From NCBI GenBank assembly GCA_964602785.1, contig CAZRSL010000006.1, forward strand, positions 240 to 64,239: a stretch of 64,000 nt of DNA. The letters run 5' to 3'. The notes below the pieces were generated by a model. That model was not told the origin of the DNA, did not search any database, and saw only the letters and a program-made list of their open reading frames with translations. Shown piece by piece: positions 18,724 to 29,858 of the stretch. Positions within the stretch are counted from its first letter, which is position 1, and each line of letters opens with the position of its first letter. The DNA is from an uncultured Prevotella sp. (GTDB taxonomy: Bacteria > Bacteroidota > Bacteroidia > Bacteroidales > Bacteroidaceae). The translations under genes were made by a program, and so were the position numbers.

Positions 18724-19263
18724 TTTCCGATGTTTTTACTGTTGTGAGCTGATCTTGTCCGTTTCGGCTTGATGGTATTAGGAGTAAGGCTTAAGCATTT
18801 TAACTCTCCTTTTACTGCTGAATACAATCTCCTGAAATATGTGTATATATATTCTGAGGTTCCTCGTGAACTGTTTTATTAATGCAAAAATAGCGAATAA
18901 TTGTTGCTGTTGTGCTTAATTTAACAAGGAGTTAAGGAAGATTAAGACATTTCTGCCGATTTTAAGACGGGTTAAGTAAAATTTCAACAGTATTGCCATT
19001 AAAACTTCAAACTGGCAAATATTCACTCAGAATGCTTTGATTTTAAAACTATAGACAACCTGCTGGCTTTAATTTGCATATTGACCGAATTATTATAAAC
19101 GGATGGCGGGCCACTTGCCGCAACGGTTCCGAAACTGGTTGGAATATGTATAATAATGCAACCACCGCAAGTGTTGTGGCCGAATGTCCCTTCTACTTGC
19201 CTCAAACTGGTTGTGCTTACGTTCCCATGATGGTGAAATCTACGGTCAATTGGTTCCATTCCA

Positions 19264-19349
19264 CTTTTTGACACGTGTGGAAAATGTTTTTGACACGTGC
19301 CAAAAAGTTTTACGACACGTGTGAAAAATGTTTTTGACACGTGTCACAA
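19264..19349. repeat. 22-bp tandem repeat with ACACGTG core, 4 units
   Basis: ACACGTG at 19271, 19293, 19315 and 19337, separated by A/T tracts. Confidence 0.9.
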
Positions 19350-19386
19350 AGAGTGAATGAGCCTCTGCAATGGTGGATTATGGGCA

Positions 19387-20820
19387 TCACTCCCCCACCC
19401 CTTCAACCCCATCGTCGCCGACGGTGAGCACATAGCGGTAGCCTCGGCGGCGAGCCTTACGGCCTATGGAGCTGATGCGGCTTGGCGTGGCTGTCGAGGC
19501 CTCGATGCACGTGTCTTGCCACTCATGCGGCCATTGGTAGCGATTGAGGTACTCCACGGCGTGCCCCCAACCGAAAGCGTCGGTGGGACTGAGGCATATA
19601 TTGGCGTAGCCCCGATAGGAGCCTTTCAGGCTGATGCTGTAGACGCTGTCCACTGGCTCGCCGTCAGGCTGTAGGCTCCTCAAAACGCCCAAAGCCTCGG
19701 TGGCGAGCCGCTCCATGCGCTGGCCTGAGCGGTATTTCTCCACCGCCGCATGGCCGTCGATGAGCACGAAACCAGCGAAGAAGAGCACAACGAGGGCGGT
19801 GAGCAGCCGCGAGGGCCGCAGTTGGTCGACGAGCCAGGCCATGATGAGGACGACGAATGGCAACGCCCCGTAGGTGTGCATGATGGCAAACGAAGTGAAA
19901 TAATGGGGCGAGAGGACGATGATGAGACAGACAAGGGCGACGACGGGCTGCTGACAGAGCAAACACTTACGACCCGCTATCAGCAGATAGAGCACAAGGG
20001 GAGCCGTGAGGCAGAGCGATAACAGCGTGGCGGGGATGTTGCGGTCGTGGAGCAAGCTGACATTGTCGATGGGCAGGAACACGATGGAGACTATCTTGGC
20101 CGTGGTCTTGGCGAGCGTGGCCACAGAAAAGTCGAGGTCGACCAGATCGTGGATGCCATAGTGTGGCAGCAAGAAACGCACCACGCCATAGACCACAGCA
20201 GCCAACAGCCCCAACAAGGCGTCCCTGCCGACGTATGTGCGCCCAATGCTTGTCCACGCGGCGGCCAACAAGGGTGTGATGACAAGCCAGGTGATGCCGT
20301 TCTCCTTGAAAAGCGTGGCCGTAATGGTCAGAGCAAGCCACGCCACACATCCGCCACGGCCACGAATGGACACGTAGGCCAGCAGACCGAGCAAATCGAA
20401 GAGCAGAGCCCCGGCCTGGTTGATGGAGTCGGTGTCGAACACGGTGCCCACTATCGCGGGATGCACCATCAGGAGCAGAGTGGCCAACAGCCGTGTGGTG
20501 GAGTTAAGGGCTGTGTGCCGCAAGAAAGCGTAGAATGTGGCTGCGGAGAGGACATGGAAGAGCCAGACGAGAGCGTGATTGAGCCAAGGAAACCAAGCCA
20601 CGTGGTGCTCGAGCATATTGCCTATGAGCGCGTCGAAAGGCCTCCACCAAGCGTTGTATGGCAGCAGATGCTCATGGAGGCTCTTGGCAAATGGCGCGGT
20701 GTAGTAGGAAAGGTCGTCGCCCACGGGCTGCATCGCCATGGCCACAGGCAGAAGAACCACCGCCGAGAGCACAATCAGGGTCAGCAGAACCTTGTTGGCG
20801 GTGTTGCTGCAATCGCTCAT
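19387..20820 (-). CDS. Polytopic membrane protein, GT-C/GtrII-like glycosyltransferase candidate
   Basis: About 11 TM segments; GDD...WRPFDAL and TLFKENG motifs; paralog of 21743-23170. Confidence 0.6.
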   Translation of the reverse strand: MSDCSNTANKVLLTLIVLSAVVLLPVAMAMQPVGDDLSYYTAPFAKSLHEHLLPYNAWWRPFDALIGNMLEHHVAWFPWLNHALVWLFHVLSAATFYAFLRHTALNSTTRLLATLLLMVHPAIVGTVFDTDSINQAGALLFDLLGLLAYVSIRGRGGCVAWLALTITATLFKENGITWLVITPLLAAAWTSIGRTYVGRDALLGLLAAVVYGVVRFLLPHYGIHDLVDLDFSVATLAKTTAKIVSIVFLPIDNVSLLHDRNIPATLLSLCLTAPLVLYLLIAGRKCLLCQQPVVALVCLIIVLSPHYFTSFAIMHTYGALPFVVLIMAWLVDQLRPSRLLTALVVLFFAGFVLIDGHAAVEKYRSGQRMERLATEALGVLRSLQPDGEPVDSVYSISLKGSYRGYANICLSPTDAFGWGHAVEYLNRYQWPHEWQDTCIEASTATPSRISSIGRKARRRGYRYVLTVGDDGVEGVGE

Positions 20821-21746
20821 ACGCCCTCTTTCTCCCTGACGAGGTAGACGGGCCGGCGCTTGGTCTCGTTGAATATCCGGCCCAGATACTCACCGATGAT
20901 GCCGAGAGCCATGAGCTGCAAGCCACCGAGGAAGAGCACGGTGATGATGAGCGTGGGGAAGCCGTGGACAGGCTCGCCCACGATGAGCGTCTTGACGAGC
21001 ACGTAGAGCATATAGATGAAGGCGACAAAGGAAACCAGCAGCCCCACAACGGCCGAGAGGCGCAGCGGCGCGGTGGTGTAGGACGTTACGCCCTCTATGG
21101 CGAGGTTGAGCAGACGGCGGTAGTTGAACGACGAGGAGCCATGCACCCGCGCCCCCTGCTTGAAGTCGATCTGCTTCTTGCGGAAGCCGATCCAGCAGTA
21201 GAGGCCCTTGGTGTAGCGTTCGGTCTCGCGCAGCTGGCGCAGAGCGTCGATGCACTTGCGGTCAAGCAATCGGAAGTCGCCCACGTTGGGCAGAATGTCG
21301 ATGTTGACCATGCGCTGCAGCAGCCGATAGTAGGCCATCGACAGGCGGCGGCGCAGCCAACTCTCCTTGCCTCGGTCGGTGCGGTGGGCGTAGATGTCGT
21401 CGTAGCCTTGCTCCCATTGCTCCACCATGGCTGGAATCACCGAGGCGGGATGCTGCAAGTCGGCGTCCATCACCACGGCGCAGTCGCCTGTGGCATGGTC
21501 GAAGCCCGCCAGCATGGCCGCCTCCTTGCCGAAGTTGCGCGACAGACTCACGAAGACCACCCTCCGGTCCTGTCCCCGCAGCTCCTTCAGCCGGTCGAGC
21601 GTGTGGTCGGAACTGCCGTCGTCGATGAAAAGGAACTCGCCCTCATACTGGCTGAGGCCCTTGAAAGTCGCGCTGAGGGCCTCGTGGAGCGGCGCCACGT
21701 TGTCTTGCTCGTTGTGGCAAGGTATTATCACTGTTATCTTCTTCAT
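20817..21746 (-). CDS. GT2 polyprenol-phosphate glycosyltransferase (GtrB/YkcC-like)
   Basis: Start MKKITVIIPCHNE (21746); IDDGSSD, SRNFGKEAA, MDADLQHP; two C-terminal TMs; GEYLGRIFNETKRRP. Confidence 0.9.
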   Translation of the reverse strand: MKKITVIIPCHNEQDNVAPLHEALSATFKGLSQYEGEFLFIDDGSSDHTLDRLKELRGQDRRVVFVSLSRNFGKEAAMLAGFDHATGDCAVVMDADLQHPASVIPAMVEQWEQGYDDIYAHRTDRGKESWLRRRLSMAYYRLLQRMVNIDILPNVGDFRLLDRKCIDALRQLRETERYTKGLYCWIGFRKKQIDFKQGARVHGSSSFNYRRLLNLAIEGVTSYTTAPLRLSAVVGLLVSFVAFIYMLYVLVKTLIVGEPVHGFPTLIITVLFLGGLQLMALGIIGEYLGRIFNETKRRPVYLVREKEGV

Positions 21747-23170
21747 TTTCTCACCACCTTTATTTCTTTGCTTCCCACTATCCACACGCACTGGTAGCCC
21801 TCGGCTATCTTCTCTTTGGCCAATGCGCCGACGGCGCGTGGCGTGGTGTCGGAATAGCTGATTGTGGTGTCGCCAAACTGTGTGGGCCATTTGTAGCCAG
21901 TGATTTGCAACACCGAGCGGCCCCACCCGAAGGCTTCGTCGGCAGGCACGCAGAACGAGGAATATTTGGGATAGTCGTCTTTCATTATTATGCTGTAGGC
22001 GCGGTCGACGGGGTGGCCAGTCAGCCTGACCACCTCCCGTGCCATCGCCATGCCCGGAAGCGACGTCTGCCAGGCCATATACCAATGGTGGACACCCGTG
22101 ATAAGGGCCGCCGCCACGTAAAGGACGAACAGGCGCGAGACGGTGCGAGGCCAGAGCATGGTGTGGTCGATGAGCCAAGCCACCATGAGCGCGGCCATGC
22201 CGAGCGAGGAGTAGGCGTTCATCAGGCTCATGGCGATGAGCAGGTTGGGCGACGCGGCAATGACAAGGCAGCACGTGAGACCCAGGATTTGCTTGCTGCG
22301 CCAAGCCCGCGGATTGCCAAAGAGCACGCACACGATGAACGGCAGCGACAGCAGCAGCGTCAGACCAACGAGCAGCAGGTTTCGGCTTGGCGCGTGGAAG
22401 AAGGCGAGGAAGTCGGTGGCTGTCCAAGTGTAGCCGAGCCATTTGGCCGCGCCTGTCAGTTTGGAGCCGAGACTGCGCATTTCGTCGATGTGCTCGTAGT
22501 TCTCAAATCCAGTGGAGGGCAGCGACAACCTGACCACACCGTAGACTGCGGCAAAGGCAAGCCCACAGGCCAAATGGCGCAACAGCGAACGCCGGTCGGT
22601 GTGGCCGAAACAATATCCAATGATGGGAGCCACGATGGCCCAGGCCAGTCCGTTGTCCTTGCTGAACGTGGCCATCAGCACGAACAAAAGCCACAAGAAT
22701 ATGCGATTTTTGCCTTGGCGCGACAGATAGAAATAGATGGAGAGCAGGCCGAACAGATGGCAGTAGCTCTGGTTGAGGCCGTCGACACTGAGCACCGTGG
22801 CAAGCATGCACGGCGAAAGATAGAAGAAAACGGTGGCGACGACGGCCGCAAAGCGACCAATGCCAAGACGGCGAGCCAAGACAAACACCAAAAAGGTGCT
22901 GCCGAGGTGGGCCAGCAGGACGAGAAGGTGGTTGATGGCGGGATAGAGGCGGTAGTCGATGGCGTTGACGTAGCCCATCAATGCGTCGAACGGGCGCCAA
23001 GTGGTGCCCACGGGCAGCAGATAGGTGAGGATGTTGGGGTCGTAGTTGGGCGACGAGAGCGTGTTCCAGTCGTCGAAAGTGGGCATGATGAGCAGCGTGC
23101 CCCAGACGAGGAACGGCAGCGTGGCGACGATGATCCACAGCCAACGGATGGGAGTGCGGGGCTGGCTCAT
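21743..23170 (-). CDS. Polytopic membrane protein, GT-C/GtrII-like glycosyltransferase candidate
   Basis: FDD...WRPFDAL and TFSKDNG motifs; ATG overlaps the porZ stop (TGATG). Confidence 0.6.
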   Translation of the reverse strand: MSQPRTPIRWLWIIVATLPFLVWGTLLIMPTFDDWNTLSSPNYDPNILTYLLPVGTTWRPFDALMGYVNAIDYRLYPAINHLLVLLAHLGSTFLVFVLARRLGIGRFAAVVATVFFYLSPCMLATVLSVDGLNQSYCHLFGLLSIYFYLSRQGKNRIFLWLLFVLMATFSKDNGLAWAIVAPIIGYCFGHTDRRSLLRHLACGLAFAAVYGVVRLSLPSTGFENYEHIDEMRSLGSKLTGAAKWLGYTWTATDFLAFFHAPSRNLLLVGLTLLLSLPFIVCVLFGNPRAWRSKQILGLTCCLVIAASPNLLIAMSLMNAYSSLGMAALMVAWLIDHTMLWPRTVSRLFVLYVAAALITGVHHWYMAWQTSLPGMAMAREVVRLTGHPVDRAYSIIMKDDYPKYSSFCVPADEAFGWGRSVLQITGYKWPTQFGDTTISYSDTTPRAVGALAKEKIAEGYQCVWIVGSKEIKVVRK

Positions 23171-25179
23171 CAGTTTACAATGGCTATTTTGCATACCGTG
23201 CCGCTGTCGCCGCTGCTTGTGGCCGTCTCAACCATGTAGACGCCGCTGGCCACACGCTTGCCCTTCTTGTCGCAGCCATCCCACTGGAAGCTGCCACCGT
23301 TGCTCTTGCCTTCGGCCACGAGGGCGCCGCTTGTGGTAACTATTTTCACGTCGGCGTTGTAGCTGAGGCCGACGATGGTGATGGGGCCAGTGTAGCCGGG
23401 GCGCACGGGGTTGGGATAGGCGTAGGTTACGTCCTTGTCCATCTTCTCCACCGGCTCTGTGGCTCCGCTCTGATAGGAGCAGAGGCCATTCTCGGTGCCT
23501 ATGAACACTTCGCCAGTGGTTTGGTTGATGGCAATGGAACGCACATAGTCGGAGAGCAGCTTGCTGTTGGAGGCGGTGAAGTGCTCAAGTTGGGTCATAT
23601 TGTCGCTGCTGATGAGGAACACACCGTTGCCGTTGGTGCCAAACCACTTGCGCCCGCCACCGTCGATGGCCATGCACATTATGTCGACGTTGGCCAGAAG
23701 GTAGTCGGCCAGGTTGGTTCCGTCGTTGCGGGGCACTTTCACTTGGGTGAAGATGTCGCTGCCAGACGAGATGTCGGAGGGTGTGAGCATCAGCGGCCCC
23801 ACGTTGGTGCCTATCCAGATGTTGTTGTCCTTGTCCTCAGCCACGCATCTGACACCACCGCCGATGGCCACAGTGGTGCCATCCTCGTTGACGAAACTGG
23901 TGTAAACCTTGATGGCATCGGTGGAAGGCTGATAACAAGCCAGGGCGGGTGTGTCCCAGAAGTCGTTGACAAACCAGAGCAACCCGCGGCTGTCCCACAT
24001 CGGGTTGACCATATTGTCGAAGCTGTGGCGGTCCTGCGTCCGCATGAGTTCCTGTTTGTGGTACGAAGTCCACTGGTGGTCGGCTGAGAGGTAGAGGAGC
24101 GACGACGACGGGGCCACACTGTTCAGAACCCACTGGTTGCCTTGCTGGTCGAAGAGAGTGCCTGTGGTGAGCACGTAGTCGGGGTTGTTGTCGAGAGAGG
24201 CGGCTGTCTGCAGTGGCGAGTTGTTGTAGTTCCAGACGCGGGTGAAGTGGAGGTTGTTGAACTCATAGAGGCCCGACTGGCATCCCACGCACAGGTGGTT
24301 GTGGTCGGTGGGGTCGATGTCGAAGCCATAGAGCGAGGAGAATCGGTAGCCCGTCTGACGGTTAATCTCGTCGTAGGAGTCGCTGAAGGTCCATTCATTG
24401 CCGTCGTAGACCTGTATCAGCCCGGGCAACTCAGTGCCAGAGCGGGTGCCGGTGATGGTGTAGAGCTTGCCGTTCTGATACTTCATCTGGCCAAAGTGGT
24501 TTTGCCTGGGGCCGCCGGGGTTGAGCGTGCTGACCTCGACGAGCAGTTCCGGGTCGATGGTGTTGTCGCGGGTCTGGTAGTCGCCAGTGCGTGTCCAGTT
24601 GTTGGGGTCGAGCAAGTTGCCTCCGACCGGGGCGCGGTAGAGACCGTTGGTTGAGCTTGCTGCGTAGATGTAATTGCCCTCGATGTAGCAATAGTCGACG
24701 CGGAAGCCGAGGTTGTAGGTGTTGGTGATTTCCTCATCGGCCATGTCGATGTTCAGAATGCCGAACGCCGTGCTGACGTAGGCCGCCGTGCCATACATAT
24801 AGATGGAATAGACGGTCTTGTCAACAGTCATGGTCTTGGAATAGTAGTCGGGCAGGTTGCTGATGTCGCCACTGCGTGCGAGCATGTCGATGTTGCCGTT
24901 GCTGTAGACTATGAGGAGCTTGTGGGCCGCGCTGTTCCATCCGATGTGGGCTATGTTGCAGTCGGAGAGGCCGCTGGTTTTGTCGTAGGTGGTTATGCTG
25001 TTGTCGTTGCGGTTGTAGGAGTAGAGGTCGTTTGAGGCCAGCACATAGAGCGTGTTGCCGTCGCGCTCTATCTGGCTGACGTCGCTGTAGGCCATATAGG
25101 CCTTCCACGTGCCGCTCTGTGCCAGTGCGGCAGTGGCGGCAAGTGCCATCGTGGCGAGAATTGTGGCTATTCTCTTCAT
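23170..25179 (-). CDS. porZ: T9SS component PorZ (beta-propellers plus CTD)
   Basis: [10 protein letters not shown]-terminus; [15 protein letters not shown]...[11 protein letters not shown]; [16 protein letters not shown]...ASGVY. Confidence 0.85.
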   Translation of the reverse strand: MKRIATILATMALAATAALAQSGTWKAYMAYSDVSQIERDGNTLYVLASNDLYSYNRNDNSITTYDKTSGLSDCNIAHIGWNSAAHKLLIVYSNGNIDMLARSGDISNLPDYYSKTMTVDKTVYSIYMYGTAAYVSTAFGILNIDMADEEITNTYNLGFRVDYCYIEGNYIYAASSTNGLYRAPVGGNLLDPNNWTRTGDYQTRDNTIDPELLVEVSTLNPGGPRQNHFGQMKYQNGKLYTITGTRSGTELPGLIQVYDGNEWTFSDSYDEINRQTGYRFSSLYGFDIDPTDHNHLCVGCQSGLYEFNNLHFTRVWNYNNSPLQTAASLDNNPDYVLTTGTLFDQQGNQWVLNSVAPSSSLLYLSADHQWTSYHKQELMRTQDRHSFDNMVNPMWDSRGLLWFVNDFWDTPALACYQPSTDAIKVYTSFVNEDGTTVAIGGGVRCVAEDKDNNIWIGTNVGPLMLTPSDISSGSDIFTQVKVPRNDGTNLADYLLANVDIMCMAIDGGGRKWFGTNGNGVFLISSDNMTQLEHFTASNSKLLSDYVRSIAINQTTGEVFIGTENGLCSYQSGATEPVEKMDKDVTYAYPNPVRPGYTGPITIVGLSYNADVKIVTTSGALVAEGKSNGGSFQWDGCDKKGKRVASGVYMVETATSSGDSGTVCKIAIVN

Positions 25180-25790
25180 TGGCTTTGGGGTTGTGTGTGC
25201 TTCTGTTTCAGATAGTCGGCCAACTTCTTCACGGCCCGGGCGCGGTGGGAGATGCGGTTCTTCACCTCCTCGCCCAGTTGGGCGAAGCTCTCGTCGTAGC
25301 CTTCGGGCACGAAGATGGGGTCGTAGCCGAAGCCCTCGGTGCCGCGCTTAATGGTGGCTATGGTGCCCTCAACGCGGCCTTCGAACAAGTGCTCGGCCCA
25401 CGAGCCGTCGGCCTCTTTCTCTAATAACGAGATAACGGTGCGAAATCGTGCACGGCGGTTGTTATTGTTTGCTAATTTCCGTAGCAGCTTGTCCATGTTG
25501 GCCTGACTGTCGTGGTCGGTGCCCTCGGCATAGCGCGCGCTGTGGACGCCAGGCTCGCCGCCAAGAGCGTCGACCTCGAGCCCCGTGTCGTCGGCGAAAC
25601 AACTGACGCCGAACTTCTCGCTGATGTAGTGGCTCTTGATGCGGGCGTTGGCCTCGAGCGTCAGTCCGTCCTCGGCGATGTCGTCGTGGCAGCCGATGTC
25701 AGCGAGCGAGGCTATCTGGAATTGCGACCCCAGTATGTCGCGTATCTCCTGCAGCTTGTGCTGGTTGTTGGTGGCAAATACTATCTTCAT
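25176..25790 (-). CDS. rdgB: Non-canonical purine NTP pyrophosphatase (RdgB/HAM1)
   Basis: [24 protein letters not shown] and [10 protein letters not shown] motifs. Confidence 0.95.
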   Translation of the reverse strand: MKIVFATNNQHKLQEIRDILGSQFQIASLADIGCHDDIAEDGLTLEANARIKSHYISEKFGVSCFADDTGLEVDALGGEPGVHSARYAEGTDHDSQANMDKLLRKLANNNNRRARFRTVISLLEKEADGSWAEHLFEGRVEGTIATIKRGTEGFGYDPIFVPEGYDESFAQLGEEVKNRISHRARAVKKLADYLKQKHTQPQSQ

Positions 25791-26788
25791 TGTTTCTGCT
25801 CTTCGGGGTTGTCGTGGTGGCGTGAAAAGCGGGCCAGCAGACCGTGCTTCTGGCGGTGCTTGTCCTTTATTTTCACCTTCATCTCGTCGAAGCCCTCGCC
25901 ATAAACGCCCACCACGGCACTCTGCGAGACGAAAGCGTTGGGGTCGATGATTTTGATAAGCCGCTGCATGTTGACGCTCTCGCGCTTGCGGGCCAGGATG
26001 AGCAGCACTTTCATCTCGTTGCCTGTGTACCAGCCGTAGCCGTCGAGTATGGTTACGCCGTGGTCCATCTTTGTTCCGATGGCATTGGCTATCTCCTGAT
26101 ATTTGTGGGAGATGACAATGAACTGCACGCTCTGCCGCCGCGCGTTCATCACGTAGTCGAGCACAAAGTTCTCTATCACCATGGTGCAGAGGCCGAACAC
26201 CACCTTGTAGATGCGCTGAAGCGGGGCGCCAAACTCAGGGATGAACATACACGAGCCGATGATGCAGAGGTCGACCAGGATGAGCACCTGGCCAAGTGAG
26301 AGGTTGTAGTACTTGTTGACACAGGCGGCGATGATGTCGGTGCCGCCGGTGGAGCCATTGTTGAGAAACACAATGGCGAGCGACGTGCCAGTGAACGAGC
26401 AACCGATGACGAGCGACATGAACGGCTGGTTGGGGCCGAGTATCTGATAGAAATGGCCGGTGGCGGGGTCGGTCATGAGTATCTGCGTGTACTTCAGCAT
26501 CAGGTAGAGCATGCAGATAGCGTAGATGGTCTTGGTCATAAACTTCAGCCCAAGCACCTTCAGGGCCACGAGCAGCAGCGCGATGTTGATGAAGAGGTAG
26601 CTGTTCTCAATGGGGAAGTGGGTGGCATAGAAGATTATGGCCGACAAGCCGGTAACTCCTCCCGTCACTATCTCGTAGGGCAGGAGGAACACGCACCAGC
26701 CGAAGGTGTAGAGCATCAGTCCGAGGGTGATGCCCACGTAGTCGCGTATCTCGCGGTGCAGCAGCTGCTTGTTGATGGCTATCGGCAT
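25787..26788 (-). CDS. YitT family membrane protein
   Basis: [29 protein letters not shown] and IDPNAFVS motifs. Confidence 0.9.
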   Translation of the reverse strand: MPIAINKQLLHREIRDYVGITLGLMLYTFGWCVFLLPYEIVTGGVTGLSAIIFYATHFPIENSYLFINIALLLVALKVLGLKFMTKTIYAICMLYLMLKYTQILMTDPATGHFYQILGPNQPFMSLVIGCSFTGTSLAIVFLNNGSTGGTDIIAACVNKYYNLSLGQVLILVDLCIIGSCMFIPEFGAPLQRIYKVVFGLCTMVIENFVLDYVMNARRQSVQFIVISHKYQEIANAIGTKMDHGVTILDGYGWYTGNEMKVLLILARKRESVNMQRLIKIIDPNAFVSQSAVVGVYGEGFDEMKVKIKDKHRQKHGLLARFSRHHDNPEEQKQ

Positions 26789-26792
26789 ATTT

Positions 26793-29645
26793 CTATTTCT
26801 TCAGCACTACGTTTACTATACGCTTTGGCACCACAATGACTTTCAGTATCTGCTTGCCGTCGATGTAGTGCTGGCTGCGCTCGTTGGCGAGCACGGCCTC
26901 CTCTATCGCTTTCGACGTGGCGTCGGCTGGGAACTCCATCTGGAAGCGGGCCTTGCCGTTGAAACTGATGGTCATTTGCACGGTGCTCTCCACGAGATAC
27001 TTGTCGTCGTAAGCGGGCCACTGGGCGTCGCAGACGGTGGTGTCGTGGTCCAGGGCGTGCCACAGCTCCTCGGCAATGTGGGGGCAGAACGGCGCCAGCA
27101 CCACAACGATCTTTTCGAGCAACTCGTGGTTCTGGCACTTCTGCTGGCTGAGCTCATTCACACAAATCATGAAGGCCGAGATGCTGGTGTTGTAGGAGAA
27201 GGTCTCTATGTCGCCACTCACCTTCTTAATCAGTTTGTGCACGCTGCGGAGGTTGTCGGCGGTGGCGGGCTTGTCGGCCACGAGCTGGCCTGTCTGCTTG
27301 TCCCAGTAGAGGTTCCACAGTTTCTTCAGGAAGCGGAAGCAGCCGTCGATGCCGTTGGTGTCCCATGGCTTCGAGGCTTCGACGGGGCCGAGGAACATCT
27401 CGTAGAGGCGCAGAGTGTCGGCTCCATAGTCGGCCACGATGTCATCGGGGTTGACCACGTTGTACATCGACTTCGACATCTTCTCTATCGCCCAGCCGCA
27501 ACGGTATTTGCCGTCCTCGAGCACGAACTCGGCGTTCTTGTATTCAGGGTTCCACTGGCGGAAAGCCTCGATGTCGAGCACGTCGTTCTTCACAAGATTG
27601 ATCCACACGTGGATTGGCGTGGTCTCGTACTGGTCTTTCAGTCCGGCGGAGACGAACAGCGGTTTGTCTTTGGGACTGCTGTTAACGCGATAGACAAAGT
27701 TGGAGCGCCCCTGTATCATGCCTTGGTTGACGAGTTTCTGGAACGGCTCCTCGACGCAACTCACGCCGTAGTCGTGGAGAAACTTGTTCCAGAACCGGCT
27801 GTAGATGAGGTGGCCGGTGGCGTGCTCGGTGCCGCCCACGTAGAGGTCGACGTTGCGCCAGTACTCGTCGGCCTCTTTGCTGACGAGGGCCTCGTGGTTG
27901 TGGGGGTCCATATACCTCAGGTAGTAGGCGCTCGAACCAGCGAAGCCGGGCATGGTGTTCAGGTCGAGCGGGAACACTGTCTGCTCGTCGATGCGGCTCA
28001 CGTCGGTTACCTCGCCTTTCTGCTCGTCCCAAGCCCACAGTTTGGCGCGGCCAAGTGGCGGCTCGCCGCTCTCAGTGGGCTTGTACTGGTCGATTTCGGG
28101 CAACTGCAGGGGCAGCTTGTCCTCTGGTATCATCGTGGGGATGCCGTGCTTGTAGTACACGGGGAACGGCTCGCCCCAATAGCGTTGGCGCGAGAATATG
28201 GCGTCGCGCAGACGGTAGTTCACCTTCACGTGGCCCAGGTGATGGTCGGTGACAAAACGCTTGGTGGCCTCAATGGCCTCCTTCACCTGCAAACCGTTGA
28301 GCGAGAAGCCGTCGAGGGTCTCCACACCGGCCTTGGGACTGTTCATCACCGTGCCCTCCTTGGCGTCGAAGCTCTCCTGGCTCACGTCGGCACCCTCTAT
28401 AAGCGGGATTATGGGCAGGTTGAAGTGGCGGGCGAAGGCGTAGTCGCGGCTGTCGTGAGCCGGCACAGCCATGATGGCACCGGTGCCATAGCCTGCCAAA
28501 ACATACTCGCTGATCCAGATTGGTATCTTGTCGCCAGTGAATGGGTTGATGGCGTAAGAGCCTGAGAACACGCCAGTTACCTTGTGGTCGCTCATGCGCT
28601 CCAGCTCGGTGCGGCTCTTCACATATTCTATGTATTTGTCAACCTCTGCCTGCTGGTCAGCGGTGGTAAGCCGGGCCACGAGTTCAGATTCTGGTGCAAG
28701 CACCATAAACGTTACTCCGAAGATGGTGTCGGCGCGGGTGGTGAAGATGGTGAACGACTGGTCGGTGCCGGCCACACGGAAATCCATCTCCGTGCCTTCA
28801 GAGCGGCCTATCCAGTTGCGCGTGGTCTCCTTGATGGAGTCGCTCCACTGGATGGTGTCGAGCCCGTCGAGCAGCCGCTGGGCGTAGGCGCTGACGCGCA
28901 AGCACCACTGGCGCATCTTCTTCTGCACCACTGGGTAGCCGCCGCGCACGCTCAGGCCGTTGACCACCTCGTCGTTGGCCAGCACAGTGCCCAGTCCGGC
29001 ACACCAGTTGACTACCGACTCGCCGAGGAAGGCTATGCGGTAGTTCATCAGCGTGTCGCTCTTCTGCCGCTCGTCCATCGCCTTCCATTCCTCGGAGGTG
29101 AAGCTGAGCTCCTCGGTCTGAGCCACGTCGATGCCCTCGGTGCCCTTCTCCTCAAAGTGGCGGATGAGCTTTTCTATCGGCTGCGCACTCTGGCAGCGGT
29201 TGCAGTAGAACGAGTTGAACATCCGCTCGAAAGCCCACTGCGTCCAGTGGTAGTAGGCGGGGTCGCAGGTGCGCACCTCGCGGTCCCAGTCGAACGAGAA
29301 CCCAATCTTGTCGAGCTGCTCGCGGTAGTGGGCTATGTTCTCGTTGGTGGTCTTCTCCGGGTGCTGTCCCGTCTGTATGGCATACTGCTCGGCAGGCAGG
29401 CCGTAGGCGTCGTAGCCCATCGGATTCAGCACGTTGAAGCCCTTCAGGCGCTTATAGCGTGCGTAGATGTCGCTGGCGATGTAGCCGAGCGGATGACCCA
29501 CGTGCAGGCCGGCTCCGCTGGGATATGGAAACATGTTGAGCACGTAGTATTTCTGCTTGCTCTTGTCCTCCACTACGTGATAGGTCTTGTCGTCTACCCA
29601 TCGCTTCTGCCACTTCTTCTCTATCTCCTTAAAATTGTAATCCAT
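26793..29645 (-). CDS. leuS: Leucine--tRNA ligase
   Basis: [14 protein letters not shown] (HIGH), [17 protein letters not shown]. Confidence 0.98.
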   Translation of the reverse strand: MDYNFKEIEKKWQKRWVDDKTYHVVEDKSKQKYYVLNMFPYPSGAGLHVGHPLGYIASDIYARYKRLKGFNVLNPMGYDAYGLPAEQYAIQTGQHPEKTTNENIAHYREQLDKIGFSFDWDREVRTCDPAYYHWTQWAFERMFNSFYCNRCQSAQPIEKLIRHFEEKGTEGIDVAQTEELSFTSEEWKAMDERQKSDTLMNYRIAFLGESVVNWCAGLGTVLANDEVVNGLSVRGGYPVVQKKMRQWCLRVSAYAQRLLDGLDTIQWSDSIKETTRNWIGRSEGTEMDFRVAGTDQSFTIFTTRADTIFGVTFMVLAPESELVARLTTADQQAEVDKYIEYVKSRTELERMSDHKVTGVFSGSYAINPFTGDKIPIWISEYVLAGYGTGAIMAVPAHDSRDYAFARHFNLPIIPLIEGADVSQESFDAKEGTVMNSPKAGVETLDGFSLNGLQVKEAIEATKRFVTDHHLGHVKVNYRLRDAIFSRQRYWGEPFPVYYKHGIPTMIPEDKLPLQLPEIDQYKPTESGEPPLGRAKLWAWDEQKGEVTDVSRIDEQTVFPLDLNTMPGFAGSSAYYLRYMDPHNHEALVSKEADEYWRNVDLYVGGTEHATGHLIYSRFWNKFLHDYGVSCVEEPFQKLVNQGMIQGRSNFVYRVNSSPKDKPLFVSAGLKDQYETTPIHVWINLVKNDVLDIEAFRQWNPEYKNAEFVLEDGKYRCGWAIEKMSKSMYNVVNPDDIVADYGADTLRLYEMFLGPVEASKPWDTNGIDGCFRFLKKLWNLYWDKQTGQLVADKPATADNLRSVHKLIKKVSGDIETFSYNTSISAFMICVNELSQQKCQNHELLEKIVVVLAPFCPHIAEELWHALDHDTTVCDAQWPAYDDKYLVESTVQMTISFNGKARFQMEFPADATSKAIEEAVLANERSQHYIDGKQILKVIVVPKRIVNVVLKK

Positions 29646-29858
29646 TATGGGTTTATGCTGTTAATTGTTGATTGCTTGCCAATTTGGTGCAAAATTACGA
29701 TATATTTTTGTAAAAAGCCCTTTTTAATGGTGGGAACTTCAAAAGTTAACACAATAAAGGGGGCTGCAAGGCCATCGAAAGGATTAAAAAGACTATTAGT
29801 TTATGTTGAAATTGAATTAAAATGCTTACTTTTGCGGCTGAAACCGGTCAATGTAAAA

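Noticed and set aside
9974-23239. Many 200-450 aa antisense or alternative-frame ORFs over the GLUG, M6 and GT genes
   Set aside because: They fully overlap well-supported genes, have no recognisable motifs and are typical of GC-rich coding DNA.
26769-29858. Long + strand ORFs antisense to leuS, including the 425-aa N-terminal extension of the 1048-aa mnmG ORF
   Set aside because: Shadow ORFs caused by GC3-rich codon usage. MnmG homology starts at 29859 with its own promoter element.
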